A DNA stretch of 64,000 nt from Takakia lepidozioides (taxonomy: Eukaryota > Plantae > Bryophyta): contig CM060731.1 in NCBI GenBank assembly GCA_030704615.1, positions 33,914,001-33,978,000 of the forward strand, written 5' to 3'. Below, piece after piece: positions 63,743-64,000 of this stretch. The notes under the pieces were generated by a model. It worked only from the letters and a program-made list of their open reading frames with translations, searched no databases and had not been told where the DNA came from. Both the position numbers and the translations under genes were made by a program. Numbering within the stretch: position 1 is the stretch's first letter; each line of letters opens with the position of its first letter.

Positions 63743-64000
63743 AATATGTCGGTCCGGTGAGAAGCAATTGACTAGTTGCTTGTAACTTGTGTCTTCAACA
63801 TGCTGGCATAGAAAGTAGTAAGCGTGTCTCACTAGTGGTTTGAGAGCCAGAGCCAGCGTGAGTAGTTGTTTGCTATGTTGGGGTCGGGCCAGGTATGGCA
63901 GGTAGGATCAAAGTGGCTGCAAGAGGGAAAGACAAGGCGACGGAGGGTGCAGAGAAGTTCATATAGGCAAGTGTTACTATCGGTCCCCTTTATTCCACTT

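Overview
Eukaryotic nuclear DNA from a land plant, most plausibly a non-seed lineage (inferred from Tcn1-like chromoviruses, non-L1-looking LINE ends and a divergent BELL gene). The window is mostly transposons and gene debris. Two multi-exon host genes are present: a thylakoid-lumen TPM-domain protein (TLP15-like, 41955-47553 +) and a convergent BEL1-like TALE homeobox gene (about 50049-54193 -, with a possible 1-nt frameshift near its 5' end). Mobile DNA includes two internally deleted Ty3/Gypsy chromovirus elements (one with a Tf1-type self-priming signal), an Athila/Tat-like Gypsy fragment, pogo and hAT transposase relics, CACTA ends, and a (TC)n-associated LINE family in at least 6 pieces. 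Gene fragments of PPR, BTB-BACK, DPB4/NF-YB11, ETFQO, B3 and an Argonaute N domain (antisense within an intron) are scattered through it. The most unusual locus is about 4.0-8.0 kb: about 13 copies of a 22-bp palindrome (GGAAATGCGGCGCCGCATTTCC) sit beside a head-to-head pair of paralogous genes of unknown family, and a further copy of the palindrome, nested in a perfect 15-bp inverted repeat, lies almost midway between their ATGs. A 500-N assembly gap spans 12892-13391.
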